A DNA stretch of 61,967 bases, filler included, from Sphacelaria rigidula (taxonomy: Eukaryota): assembly GCA_964200075.2 (NCBI GenBank). It is 10 parts of 10 records of this genome, joined end to end, with 100 filler letters (N's around TTAATTAATTAA, not from the genome) between each part and the next. Parts side by side here need not be neighbours in the genome. Positions count along the whole stretch, not along the records: positions 6,208 to 12,314 come from CAXNAA020022179.1; positions 12,415 to 18,521 come from CAXNAA020022180.1; positions 18,622 to 24,728 come from CAXNAA020022181.1; 7 more parts are not named here. One strand, given 5' to 3'. Shown in pieces: positions 10,316 through 22,939 of the stretch; position 1 is the stretch's first letter, and each line of letters starts with the position of its first letter. The notes beneath the pieces are model-generated. The model worked only from the letters and a program-made list of their open reading frames with translations. It was not told the origin of the DNA and did no database searches. The position numbers were made by a program, and so were the translations under genes.

Positions 10316-11685
10316 CTGCGCACGTCGGTACACAGCAGCGCACATGCACACATGGACACACGCACATCACGCACACACACACACAGAAGGACGGGTACAG
10401 TAGCGGATAGCGAGGGGAGCAAGCATAGCGGTGTAAAACGAGAAAAAAAAACGTGACTATTTCTTCATTTCTTCATTCCCTTGTTTTTGTATTATATGAT
10501 AGTAAATAATACTCCGGGACAATAACAATAATAATAATAATATCTGCACATTAGCCCGATCTCTCGAACCTGTGGTCACAGACATGGCTCGCATTTCCAT
10601 GAATACAGGACAACACACACTGAACAGATAACGCCTGACTGGCGCGCAGGACTACTGTATTATCATTAGCCTTCAACAAAGCTCGGTTCTCGCGAGATGG
10701 CACGGCCTTTGTATTTTCAGCGGTTTTTGTAAGTATTCCAAAGGTGGTTGGCTAGGGGGTGCTGTACTGTGCCCTGGGTGGTACACTACTCTGACTTTCG
10801 TACCGAGTACCCCACGATGCGTAGGATACCTAGAATATCGGCTGGAGAACATTCCGACTGGTAAAGGCTACCCGGCAGGACGGATGACCCAATATACCCG
10901 CAGCCGCCATCTGTGGTAAACACTATAAGAGCTCCAATGTTCTTCGTGAAGAGCAAGAGATCCGCCTATGAGGTCGGGAACATGCGTCAGACTTGGCAAA
11001 AGACCGCCTCTACGCATCGTGGAATACGACATCCAATCGTGCCACCCAACACATTATCATCATCGCCGGGTGTCTTGGTAACTTTTCGGTTATACTTTTA
11101 GCATCCATGTCAGTGTCTATTTTACCCACACCACGGTACGTAGTATACCAACCCCAAACCATCGTATGGTGGGAAGCACTCGCGTCTGGAACAATATATT
11201 CGGGAGGTTATGTACACCCCATTTTCACGGTACCCAACTATGCTACTATCGTAGCCGCTCCAACGACAAGTCGACTTCGAGCTCTTCTGGCGCTAACTGT
11301 GGGTTCTGCCAAGGACCGCTGCAAAGTTCCTCAGGGAGGAGTAACGTACCCTTACAGACAGTAGCAGAACTTGAGCTGCGGGCACGATGACAACCTGACT
11401 GACAGTCACGGAGGTGGTCGGTATATTTTCCTTCTCTCATTATCAGGTTGGCGTAAGCCGCATGTAAGTTTGAACGTGAATATTTCGGTGTCCAGGGACT
11501 TCCACTTCGCCGAGCTCATGCGAAGTAGTTTCATCATTCAATAAAGTGACGCATTTTGCAAGTCTAGCTCCACGCCAGGGACAGTCAACAGGACAGTACT
11601 CGTGCGCACAGAGTGGCGCTCGCAGCTCTGAGAACATAGTGCTCCCTTCGTCCGCAAATAAAAGATCGGCGAGGACAAAATGCGG

Positions 11686-12314
11686 TCTGACTCGGGCCCA
11701 TCTTATCTTTTCCCGAACCGTATTTTTGCTCGGTTCTGCCGCGCTGACGCGGAACGCAATAAACCGGTCTCTTTTTCAAACCCTACGAAAAAAGCTTGTA
11801 CCACTTCAGCAAATTTCGCTCGAAATCACCACCCCAACTTTGAACCTCCGGTCAAAAGCTTGACCATCTCCTGGTGAGGCATGATCGCTGCTGGGAGTGC
11901 CTCCCAGGTGTCGAAACGCAAGAATCTAGGCGATCTGGAAAGAGCTGCGGTGATTCGGCAGGTCCTCGCTGGTAGCAAGAAGGTTAGGGTTAGGGTTAGG
12001 ATTAAAACCCTAATCCGAAGCCACCTTCCCTCCCTATTGAGCGTTTTTTTTTTTCTTGTCACCCAACCTGATATTCGATCATACATCAACCTTATCCGAC
12101 CTCCCGCAATGGCTAAATGGCCTACTTTGAAGGATATAGTAGACACCGGGCTTATATTGCAAGGGAGTATTAACCCTTTTGGGACTGGGTCTGACTCGGG
12201 CCCATCTTATCTTTTCCCGAACCGTATTTTTGCTCGGTTCTGCCGCGCTGACGCGGAACGCAATAAACCGGTCTCTTTTTCAAACCCTACGAAAAAAGCT
12301 TGTACCACTTCAGC
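11686..12314 (+). repeat. Near-identical ~125-bp direct repeat (11686-11810 and 12190-12314); the second copy is preceded by TTAACCCTTT and cut by the contig end
   Basis: TCTGACTCGGGCCCATCTTATC...TGTACCACTTCAGC appears twice. Confidence 0.85.
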
Positions 12315-13847
12315 NNNNNNNNNNNNNNNNNNNNNNNNNNNNNNNNNNNNNNNNNNNNTTAATTAATTAANNNNNNNNNNNNNNNNNNNNNNNNNNNNNN
12401 NNNNNNNNNNNNNNGAGTGGGGGGTGGGGGGGGAGGGGTGGGGGGGGAAGGAGTGGGGGGGGGGGGGGGGGGGGATGGTTGTGAATTATTAAAATGAAAA
12501 TACTGGGAAAATGGATGACCATTTTTGCGTGCTATCCCTACTGTTTGTTATAGGTCGGAATGGGGGGGGCTGACGACAAAAAAATGTACCCTGAAATAAA
12601 TAATGAAAATCACGGACGTATAATGAGCACGTCATCAAATGGTCGCACCTCTGCCGAACAGAACACGAACAAAACACGCGCTTCACCTCTTATCCACTCG
12701 GTTTAGTATAGGACAGCTGTAGCACTTTTCATGGCGAGTTTCTCGACACAGGAAGCAAGCCGGCCCGCGGCACTTCAAAGTCCGCCGCATACACACAACA
12801 GCGAGGTCATGCCGTTACCCCCTTTGCTCAACTTGCCACAGCGGACCCGAAAAGTCCCAAAAGCTGAAATATACTATTATTTTTTCTTCTTCTAAATTTT
12901 GGTTACGGCCTAGTATCACGCGCGAAGGCGGTCGCGTAACGACGCGACCCAGATTGAGTGTGTGGGAAGGAAGCGCACGCAAGAAACCGCAGTCCAATCC
13001 TCCGCTTCGTTGTCGAGATGACCGCGTTGAAAGATCGGCACAACAACAAGAGCAGCAGCTTCTTATCTTCCTGTTGTTGTCACCCTGTGTGCAGATTTTT
13101 AGCAACGTCAGTCACAGGTTGTGTTGTAGAACGTAACACAATAATATTTAGTACATTTTGTATGAGCGTAGGCGTTGTTTCGAGGTGACACGTGCACTTG
13201 TGACTGATATGATTGGCCCGATTACGGTCCATTTTTTACGCATACAGTGGTCGGTGCAAACTTTTCCGAAATATAGTACCCAAAATCGGCCCCCATTCCG
13301 ACCCACAACCGTGAAGCGATATGTATCTTTAGGGTTCGGATAATCTACGACTTCCAGCTGATACAACTACCACAACACTACTGCTTCAAAATCGAGTACA
13401 ATGAATAATTTTGAGTGACTTGAACCGCTTCATGTTGGTCCATGAACCATTTTACCAACAACTACAGAAAATCTTTCTGTCCGGTCAGCCACCATAAGGT
13501 CTATGCGAGCGCTCTTTTTTGTTACCTTCTCTTTTTGTTCTCAACTCTACGAGTGCTCCTCCACTGGAGATCCACAAAGCTCAACAGTCGAAGGGTTGAC
13601 CTTTGAACATCTAAACCATGGCAATCGTGCGTTTTATCGCACAAGCCCTTGACAGTTTATACATGCACGTTACAATAGTTCATGCAGATCTCCTGCCCCG
13701 TAAGACTCCGGTCATATTCTGCAGGAGGTAGGACGGGGATGATCATCCAAATCCGCGAAGCGCTTGGTAAACAAGCCCCCTGTGGCGCGTCGAATATTCC
13801 ACAATAAAAAAATACAAACCAACAAAAACACTCGAGATGGAACTTTG

Positions 13848-13979
13848 CTATTTCGTTCGTGTGCTGTGATAAGCATGTCTTTCTTGCCATTCACGTTCAA
13901 CCTCTCTACTCAGACTGGGGATCGAAAGCCGATCACTTGACACGAGCAGCCGAACAGCATCACTTGGGCATTTGACTAC
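13848..13979 (-). CDS. Probable terminal exon of the TPR protein
   Basis: In phase after a weak GAG acceptor: VVKCPSDAVRLLVSSDRLSIPSLSREVEREWQERHAYHSTRTK*. No family motif supports it. Confidence 0.45.
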   Translation of the reverse strand, partial: VVKCPSDAVRLLVSSDRLSIPSLSREVEREWQERHAYHSTRTK

Positions 13980-14109
13980 CTCTCCGTGAACCAAGAACAG
14001 AATCGAGCACGACATAACAAAAACACAACACAAAAGAGTATGATCAACACAAAATATTGTAGAGTATGTGTGTGTTGCCATTCCACCTATTCTGCATGCC
14101 ATCCTACAC

Positions 14110-14338
14110 GGGGTTTTACTCATTTATTGCTTGCCTTAGTCGTTTGGCCATTCAGCACTCATCCCTTTCCAGACGGAGCACCATTCCTACTCCTAATAGA
14201 GAAACCTCCAACATCTCGGTGCTCATTACGTTTCTTCCATATGTTACACAAAAACCGTTTACTGTACATACCTTACCCTCGTCCTGTTTCGCCGTCTGTG
14301 TCCACCACTTACCTCCTAGTATAGCCATCGTATTTTTT
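14110..14338 (-). mobile_element. Poly(C)-tailed LINE-like fragment, copy 3
   Basis: The reverse complement aligns to 3878-4099 over its full length, with a short C tail. Confidence 0.7.
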
Positions 14339-14400
14339 CCTCACTGTACTGTGCCACGGAGGCAACCGATTAAATAATATGACCCACTAAATATACACAC

Positions 14401-14484
14401 CTCTTTGCGCACAGATACGGGAAGCACAGGCTTGGTGTTCTTGCTGCTCTCCTGAAGAGCCTTTCTGAACCCAACTTCTCGAAC
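14401..14484 (-). CDS. TPR protein exon (continuation of capping helix)
   Basis: TAG acceptor, GTGTGT donor, 28 codons: VREVGFRKALQESSKNTKPVLPVSVRKE. The joined ECEQKVREVGFRKAL parallels PP5 ECNKIVKQKAFERAI. Confidence 0.72.
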
Positions 14485-15316
14485 CTACCCGTTGAGGAAA
14501 ACACACACATGAACGACAAAGGTAACGTACGCATGGAGGGCAGGATGACGGACGGGCGATGTGGGGGGGTGACTGGGTTCAAACCAAAAACAATCAGCCG
14601 TAAACACAAAACGTTCAATTACATGTGACGTATTACAGTAATCGCGGTATGGACGCTCAGGGACGAACACACTTTTAACTTTTCTCTTAGCCTTGACTCG
14701 CAAAAAATAAAAAAACGTCATGTACTCGAAAGATCAAGAGGGGGGGGGAGGGAGCTGGCTGGAGGTGTAACACTGCTCCACAAGGGCGTTAACCGAATAA
14801 ACATGTACAGTATCATGAACTTCGACCGCTCTAATTTGCGGTGGACGACCACCGGCGTACCGCGGGGGAGAGATGGCCCTTCGATACACAGAGTACGAGT
14901 ACTTCGACATGCTTGACAAGATAGGGATAATGACATGAGAGAGGCGTGAGACAAAATATGCACTGGGATAATCCGGTCCGGTTCGGTTCGGTCGACAGCG
15001 ATATGTGTGGATTATAAACAGGATTTTGATAAATGCACAAAATTGTTTTCCAACAAAACAACTTATACGTGATTGCACGTTTTATATAGTACTTAGTATA
15101 GTAGTACACATGCCCCTGGTTAGTATAATGGTATAAGGAATGGCTTTTTTTCCATCAAAATACAACATACCTCACAAATTTATTTGGATCAAAATTGATA
15201 TGACACCCCATCATCTTCACATGTTGGTCAGCGAAGTACTTTTCATATACAACTAAATTAAACATTTCTCCAATTTGATCAATAAAGACTAAACACGTTT
15301 TGGCCTCATTATTCAC

Positions 15317-15448
15317 CTTCTGTTCACACTCTCTGGCCATCTTCTGCACAGCCAAAATGTCATCGCTCACGGCCGCTCCTTTCACAGGGGGTGGTTCCAG
15401 TCTCAGCATGTACCGCAGGTCCGACAATGCCTCGCGGTAGCGTTCTGC
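15317..15448 (-). CDS. TPR protein exon (end of TPR3 and capping helix)
   Basis: CAG acceptor and GTGAAT donor, 44 codons: AERYREALSDLRYMLRLEPP...QKMARECEQK. Confidence 0.82.
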
Positions 15449-16099
15449 CTGCTTAGGTATGTACATGTATATCAAGTGAGGTATGACGACGACGACGACG
15501 ACGACAACAACAACAACAACAACAACAAGGGGAAAAGGGGAGAAAAAGAAAACTATAATAATGATTGGGGAGATTTCCAGAACCAAAAATCAATAACAAG
15601 CATGTGTACGTCATTGGCGCTTTGTGTGTACAGTAGGGAATGCATGTGTGTGTGCGCGTGCGCGCGCGCGTGCATAGCAGCATCGTTTTCTGCTCTTGAC
15701 GCCTTCTTATTCCAATAATCACCCTCTCTCGGCAAGAGGCCGTGTTTTCAAGGGACCAACCCATATATGTTCGGGTACCACCTGCCTTGCATTTCGTTAT
15801 CAAGCTCTTAATTATGACTACAGATGCAACTCTCACTGCCCGCGGACGAGTTTCAACGATCCGTTTTCTGCCCCGGATTTTACGTGGAGTGACGCCGCGA
15901 TAGCACCCCCCCCCAAGCGCGCGAACAAGCCCCAAATCTGTCACGAGTAAAATTACTATCGACCGCATGAAATTAATAGCTGGGTTTCAAAATGAATGAC
16001 GGCTCATATGGGCGACATTGGCGAAAATGATCCTAAGCGTCGGAGTTTCCAGCTGCTCGGTGTGCTCGCCTTTTGTCACTTTATTTCACATGAAGATTT

Positions 16100-16609
16100 C
16101 ACGGTTGTGCTCTGCAGGGTACGGGTTTCTGTATACCCGGGGTATTTTCGCGGGTATTGACCATACCCGACAATTTCATACCGGCACTCGACAGTTCTTT
16201 CAAGGCTGTAAGGCTTTCATACCTTGACCCGATAGTTCTGTGAGTTATGTTAGCCCCCTGTACCGTTACCGGGGGCACGAGTATGCTTTTGATACGATAC
16301 CCGGTTGCGGGTATGGTTTACTGTGCAGCCTTCATACCCTGTCCGACAGAATCTGTGAGTTTTGTACGCCTCCCATACATACCCTTGCCTTGCCCGACAG
16401 TTGTGTGAGTTCTGTAGATAATGTATGGCCGTGCCCGGAGCGCGGGGATGCCCTTAAAGAAGAACCCAACTGCCGGTACGGTTCTCTGTAAGCCTCCCAT
16501 ACCCTACCCGACGAGTTCTGTAAATTCTGTAAGACTTTCATGTCAAACTGGTACCCGACATTTCTTCAAGTTGTGTAAGGAATCGCACACCCTACAGAAC
16601 ACAGCCTTG
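16100..16609. mobile_element. hAT-type MITE rich in TACCCG/TTCTGT subrepeats, perfect 8-bp TSD, nested in another MITE
   Basis: TIRs CACGGTTGTGCTCTG / CAGAACACAGCCTTG. TSD GAAGATTT at 16092-16099 and 16610-16617. Confidence 0.85.
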
Positions 16610-16667
16610 GAAGATTTTGCCTCATCAAACCAGCCATTTTTCTGGGGAGGTGGAGCTATCTACCCAC

Positions 16668-16770
16668 CTGTTTGTGAGCTGCAGCTCTCCGGAAGTAAGC
16701 TTTTATATGGTGTGGGTCCAAGTCCATGGCGTGCTGCGCGTCCTCCTTTGCACTGCCCAGGTTCCCCCAC
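16668..16770 (-). CDS. TPR protein exon (TPR2-TPR3), not shown in the ORF track
   Basis: CAG acceptor and GTGGG donor. The phase-2 join gives K-WGNLGSAKEDAQHAMDLDPHHIKAYFRRAAAHKQ, a canonical D-A-x2-A-x2-LDP-x3-KAY-x-RR TPR motif. Confidence 0.9.
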
Positions 16771-17106
16771 CTGAAGACAAAGGCAAAGCCCCCCCCCCCC
16801 CCCGAAATATATTCAAACGCTAGGGGAAAAAATGAGGATGAGCTTCAGCGCAAAAAGAACGCATAGCACACACCGTATCTATGTCAGCAGAGTAATTAAA
16901 TGATATGAACGCTATAATTACGTGATCCATGCTTTAGCGTCATCATAGTGTGGTGGTCCGCATTTTGATTTGGGTGCATCAGAAACAGCATACGCTTTTG
17001 TTCCGTTTAGCAAACAGAACAGACTGATGTTGAAATTGATTTGTGCCATGAAACACATTCTGCACTTCGACGCGATATGCTTAAAAACTCGGGCTGAGTA
17101 TCGTAC

Positions 17107-17333
17107 TTGAGATGCGCCAAGGAACGGTTGCACAAGAGGATCAGCATCAGCTCTCTCGCCGCCACCTTTTGTTCATCCTCCACAACGTCCTCCTCGTCCG
17201 CATCGCCCCCGCTCCCTGCCTTCGCCTCCTCCTTCCCCTCGTCCCCAGCCTTCTCGCGACCGCTCTTGCTTCCATCGTCCTCGCTGGCGTTGATGAGTGC
17301 GCTAGGGGCTGGGCTCACGTGAGGCTCCAAGAC
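17107..17333 (-). CDS. TPR protein exon (acidic insert and start of TPR2)
   Basis: CAG acceptor and GTACG donor. Ends ...ELMLILLCNRSLAHL in phase 2. Confidence 0.85.
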
Positions 17334-17489
17334 CTGCCGGTCGAAAAATCCCCAGAAAAAGACAGGACACGACAAAGAGTCGAAAGAGAGGCATGGCAGG
17401 CAAAACAGGATAAAAGTGTTACTTGTTCCACATCCGCCACGTTTTCGGATCTCAACTTGACCGCACCCCCACTCTCGCCCCCCTCCTCA

Positions 17490-17589
17490 GACGGTGCTCC
17501 GTCTCAAAAGGGATGCGTGGTCAACGGTCAAATGACTAATATGACCAAGGCAAGCAACAAATGAGCCCCCCCCCCCCCCCCCCCCCCCC
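17490..17589 (+). mobile_element. Poly(C)-tailed LINE-like fragment, copy 4 (in a TPR-gene intron)
   Basis: DGAPSQKGCVVNGQMTNMTKASNK* followed by ~25 C. Confidence 0.7.
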
Positions 17590-17799
17590 GCTTCCCTCTC
17601 CCCGAGACAAATTTGAAGAAAAAAAAAAACTGGCCCCAAAAACTCGTTTCCTCTAAATCTTCCTCATGGCACCCCGATAATACACCGAATCGAGGAATCG
17701 TCCTCTCAATCCCGTCATTTTCACTCTTCGAGGGTTGCCGTTAGAAACCCAACGGGTGCACATGAATGACAAACTGGAACGTCCCTCCCTCCCCCGCAC

Positions 17800-18141
17800 C
17801 TTAATGCCGAGGGTGTACTGCTCCACAGCCTCCGGGTAGCGGGTGTCCGTGAGCACCATGTTAGCCCTCTTCTTCAAAGCCTCCGCACGATCTAGGGCCT
17901 CATCCACCGACATCAATGCCCTCGGCGCCCCCCCCCCCCCCCCGTCGCCTTCCGCGCTTACTCCCGCGACGGACGCCATGGCTGCCGCCGCCGCCGCCTC
18001 GGCCGCCCCTGCCGCCTTCATCGCGGCCGCGGTTCGTTCCTCGGCCTTCGCGATCGCCTTGCGTTGTTGCTGGCGCTGCTTCTCGCTTTCGCGTTTCTCT
18101 CTCCGGAGTACTCTCGCCAGGGCTTCCAGGGAGGCGTGCAG
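17800..18141 (-). CDS. TPR-repeat protein (PP5-like TPR), exon with coiled-coil/Ala-rich region and TPR1
   Basis: CAG acceptor, GTGCG donor, 114 codons. AEALKKRANMVLTDTRYPEAVEQYTLGIK fits the TPR1 consensus (AE-LK-GN-F-Y-EA+-YT-AI). Confidence 0.85.
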
Positions 18142-19238
18142 CTGAGTTTTGGGGGGTTTAGTGGGGTGTAGGGAAATGGAGAGGGGGGAGGAAGGGGGAG
18201 GAGGGAGAGGAGGCATGCTTTCAATGCTTTGACTAACCCTGTTGGGACTGGAGTGGACTAACCGGGTGTGACGACATCATCTTCACTTGAAAGCGACTGG
18301 AAATGATCCCGAGTCACACATGGCACCTGCGTTTAAACCAGTGGTTTGTTCACCCCTGGGCGGTAGGAGTCTCAGGGCGTGATTAGCACTTTTTTTTTCG
18401 ATCGAAAAATTGCGATCGAAGTTATTTTTTGCCTACCTGATAGGTCCACCGCATTTATGTTCCTCGAAGGCTTCAACTCAAAATTGTAATTAGCGGCGCG
18501 CGGAGAATAATGCAACGAGTGNNNNNNNNNNNNNNNNNNNNNNNNNNNNNNNNNNNNNNNNNNNNTTAATTAATTAANNNNNNNNNNNNNNNNNNNNNNN
18601 NNNNNNNNNNNNNNNNNNNNNCTGTGGTATCGCCACTTGCCATAGTCATGTGACCATTGACCTTGTATCCCTACAAAACGGGGACGGAGCACGCCGGGCT
18701 TTCGCCGGACCAGGCTCGCAATCAATTACCAAGCGCGAAGCGCCATGATGTGGCCGGCAAATCGCATGAAGGGCGAGCTGCATCCTGCTAAGACTGTTCG
18801 GCCCGAAGCGTACTGAGCATCTTGCATGGATGACAGCCTACAATGACTTGCTTCATTTTCTGGTATCGCCACTTTCAGAGACAGCCACGGGTTACACTGC
18901 CTCATGGGAATCTCACAAAGTTCAATGCCACGTGATACGATCATCCCCTTTGCGCGGAGTCCAGGTGCTCCACCGTACACAACATGATATAATTCAACCA
19001 CCGCCATAGTAACCGTAAAAATATCGCAAGCAAGAAAAAAACGGTAACCTGATTGCCCTGCTTACGCAGTAAATGGCGTGTTTTACAGCGCCGTTGCTAA
19101 CCAACGCCAAACCCTTTAAGAGAAAAGAGTGCTAGGGGGGGGGGGGGAAGTGATGCGAATACCATCATGTACAAAAGAAATATTGCCGTGCCTTTGGAGG
19201 TGTCATCACCTTTACACATACGGCGCCAAGACACTCAC

Positions 19239-19342
19239 CGCTTTCGCCGCCTGGGGGTCCCAGAAGAAATTCCACTCCGCACTCTCATCGGATTCCGGCA
19301 CGTCTCGCGCGAAAACATTTCCAGGAACATCAAGTGCCCCGC
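19239..19342 (-). CDS. Nucleoside hydrolase, downstream exon, not shown in this frame in the ORF track
   Basis: CAG acceptor and GTGAG donor. The phase-1 join gives G-GALDVPGNVFARDVPESDESAEWNFFWDPQAAKA (GN...AE-x-N-x3-DP-x-AA motif). Confidence 0.92.
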
Positions 19343-19369
19343 CTGAATCACCACGAAGTTGCACGGTGG

Positions 19370-21430
19370 ATCACTATTCCTGCCTCGCGACCCCAACAAA
19401 CCAGCTGTCTCGGGGTGGACAGCGTCACGCGATTGGAGCACCACAGCAAACACAACCACAAACTGGATAGTCGAAAAACGACCAAAGATTCATGTCTTAA
19501 CGAGAAGTGAGCGTGTTGCTGGCGGGTGCTGTCCCATCGAAACATTATAATGCACGCAATACTTGAGGCACGGTCATTCTGAGGGTATGTACGATACGTA
19601 CGGAAAGGCTAGGACATGATGAGAACACAAAAACACGCGACGTGCTCGACGGGGCTCGATGTCGCGAGATCAAAGTACGACAGCACACTCGAAACCAAAG
19701 TGAGTCGGCCACAAAAAAATGGCGAAACCTTATTTGTTCGCGAGATATAGGCATGTCGCTGGAGATTACCGTTCCATCGCAACCTGGTATTCGGCGTGAT
19801 ACTGAACGCACGGCCGTGTTGAAGGTATGAACGGAGAGGCTAGGACACGGTGAGGACACAGCTATACGTATCGCGCTCGAATCGGCTTTGTGTCGCGAGG
19901 ACGCCGCGCAACTGTCAAGCTGACGGGTGGAACATTCGGCGGGTGGTGTGCACTCTAAAAGCAAGTGACTGGGCATTTCCATAAACTCAAAAGGCGTGTG
20001 GGGTGCCTTCGTTACACCGCACCCTGATCGCGGCGGGTAATATCTCGCGTCGTAGTTGATCGATTGGCGTGCTTAAAGCGACGACAGGAAGGCACAGAGA
20101 TAAGTCTGTGCACCACAATAAACACTGTCTCTCCGACTGCACGGCGTCACGACGTTGAAGCACCACGGTAAACTCAAACCGGAATTGGACGGTCGAAACG
20201 TGACTTAGTTCGCTGGCGGGTGGTGTTCTATTGCACGCGATATTGCAGGTGATCGGGGGGTTCATCGCCTTGTTGAAGGACACAGGTAAAAAGCCAGGGA
20301 CATGGCGAGCACGCAGATATACTGTACGCATTATTCCCCTTGGTGTCACGAGATCCAAGACACTCGAAACCAACCCGGGCCTGCTGAAAAATGGCGACAT
20401 CGTATGTGTTAGTGAGAAATGGACGTGTTGCTGGCGGGCGCTGTTCCATCGCAGCGTAATATTGCGCGCGATACTGAACGCACAGTTGAGTTCAAGATAT
20501 GTACAGAGATTTCAGGGCACGGTGAGCACATGGGTACACTTATCGTGCTCTAAGCAGCTACGATTCGGAGGCTACCGCACCACCGTCAATCTCACGCGAG
20601 AAACCTTGTGCGGACGGTGTGCACTTCAAAAGCAAGAATTGAGGTATTTTCTCTTATTTCCACAGGATCTTCATGTGCTAAAACGGTGTGCGGGGGGCCT
20701 TCGATCCATGGCACTCCAGCCACGACCGGCAGTATCTCCATGGCACGTCGTAATTGATCGATTGGCGTGCGTTCAACGCCAACGGCAAGCCCAAAAAACA
20801 ATCTGCATCCCGCAACAGACCATATCTCTCAGGATTTTCCAAGTCATGAGACTCGAGCGTCACGGGCAAAGGTGCAGGCAACTCGGTCCACACCCCTCTT
20901 CTGTATCACTCGATTTAATAATACGAGCACGGCACGCCGTTTCAGGCCGAAATTTCAAGCGTAAGGTTGGCGATATTGCTCTAATCTCGCGACGCGCCAT
21001 CGCATCCTTTTCACATATCTGTGCTCACCGTGTCCTGACTCCTCTGTACGTATCTTTAGCACCCGCCAGCAATACACCCACTTCTCGCTAACACATGGGA
21101 TTTTGTCATTATGTGGCTGACCCGGGTTAGTTTCGAGTGTGGTATCATACTTTAATCTCACGACATCGAGCCCTGTCGAGCATAATGCGTATATTCATGT
21201 GCCCATCATGTCCTGACCTTCCCGTACACATCATCAGAATTACCATGCCTCAAGTGTTGCGTGCATGATCACGTCGCGATGGAGCAACACCCGCCAGCGA
21301 CACGCTCATGTCTCGCTAACGCGAAGATATTTGGCCGTCTTCCGACTGTTCAGTTTGTGTCCGGGTTTGCTGTAGTGCGTTAATCTCACGACGCCGTGCA
21401 TCTCGAGAGCGACTGACTGTTGCGGCGGTG
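19370..21430. mobile_element. Degenerate foldback-like element filling a nucleoside-hydrolase intron
   Basis: The motif TGTTGCTGGCGGG(T/C)GC and its flanks recur in direct orientation (~19515, 20212, 20426) and inverted (~21061, 21288). Confidence 0.6.
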
Positions 21431-22798
21431 AGACAGAGAGATTGCAAACACAAGAAAATGGAGAATGCTGCGATCGCGTTGCGGTCGGGGTAAAATGTGG
21501 CTTATTTTATAGTCGACATCAGCGGCTGCGGCCAGGGTCAAGGACGCTCAAGTCGAAAGTGATCTATGGGAGCTACATTTCAGTGTGGGCTGTGGAGCTA
21601 CTCTTCAATAACTTCAACTCTCCAAGCGCTCCACATCAATGGATCACATGCTGGTATTGGTGTTGGTGTTTTGACAACAGCTCCGCGATTTGCCAGCGGA
21701 GGAGGGGTTCAAATCCTCGATAATGGAAAATAAACCATAGCGTATGCGCAGATGGACGTCACTTGGACAGAAGCGCCTGCAAGATTTTCTCAAGAAGTAC
21801 CAATTTTCGCCGCAAGGCAAACAAGTTCTGGGTTTGTGGCGGATAGTCGCAAGAAGCTTTTCTTCTTGACTGCAAGTACCACCTATTCGATCACCGCTCA
21901 CGGCGGTCTCGCCGCGTCATGGCCAAATTGCGCCGGGTCGTGGTCCGTGCACGCATAACTGTGACACAACGTACGAATGCGGCAACTCCCTGCTCATACG
22001 TCCACATTATCTCTTGACAACAGAGAAAATTCTTCCAAGCTCCCTCGAACATCCAACTCAACTTCACCTCAGGATCCGGGCACTACACATGCTGGACACT
22101 AGCCCTGTGGATAATTGAATATGGTGTATGGCGCGAGTAGAAGCAAAGCAGAACATGGCCCGTCACAACGACCGTCCAAGGGCGTCAAACTTCGTGCATG
22201 TAGAGACATGAGAGCCGCAAGTGATGAAACAGCCGATGCCCGTAAGCAGATTCTAGATGCCGTATCCCCAATTAAACGGCGTTCTTCACCCGAACGGCGT
22301 TTTCCCCCCGCCAACGGTAAACAACACAGCCATGAGCCAGCACATGATAAAATCCGAGTAGTATCATGAGAAAATAGGGGAACACTGCCGGCTGTAACGG
22401 CCAAACATTTGCTGGACTTCAAAAACGCCAATACAAGCGAACACCGCAACGGTCGACGCATCGAACGCTACGCTTGATTCACCTTGAGAGGGGGTGCAAG
22501 CTGTGCACCAGGGGTAACATCCTGCAGCACCATTGCAAAACAAATCTGAAGCATAAGGCTACGGGATTCACTGCTGTGCCATGCCACCTCTACAACCTGC
22601 CCCACCCGGCGCACTCAATTTAGCACGTGTTTGGAGGGGTGCACGTCAAGAACCTTGTCGGGAACAACCGTGCTTCCAAACCTGACAAGACGTGTACAAC
22701 AAAAATAATAACGGAAGCTTGAGGAATTCTCTCATGATGGGATATACCTACTCATTCATGAGGCAAGACGGTACCTACTTATGGTAGGCTGAACTCAC

Positions 22799-22939
22799 CC
22801 ATGATCAGAACTTTCTCGATTTTTGGTGCCACCTCGGGATGGTTGGCTAAAACCCACGCGATGTTTGTGAGGGGTCCCGTCGCGATAACTGTCACTCGGC
22901 CATCCGCAGCCAGCAAAGTCTCAGCGAGCAGCTGCTGGC
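22799..22939 (-). CDS. Nucleoside hydrolase, middle exon
   Basis: CAG acceptor and GTGAG donor. GQQLLAETLLAADGRVTVIATGPLTNIAWVLANHPEVAPKIEKVLIMG contains the family TGPLTN(I/L)A...MGG motif. Confidence 0.92.

Noticed and set aside
15155..15316. Open extension of the TPR exon (VNNEAKTCLV...DPNKF)
   Set aside because: AT-rich and preceded by an in-phase AAG|GTGAAT donor. Splicing there gives a PP5-like helix. An alternative donor at 15175 cannot be fully excluded.
20231..21091. 286-aa ORF as a gene or transposase
   Set aside because: It has no recognisable motif, lies inside a repeated intronic module, and is antisense to the host gene.
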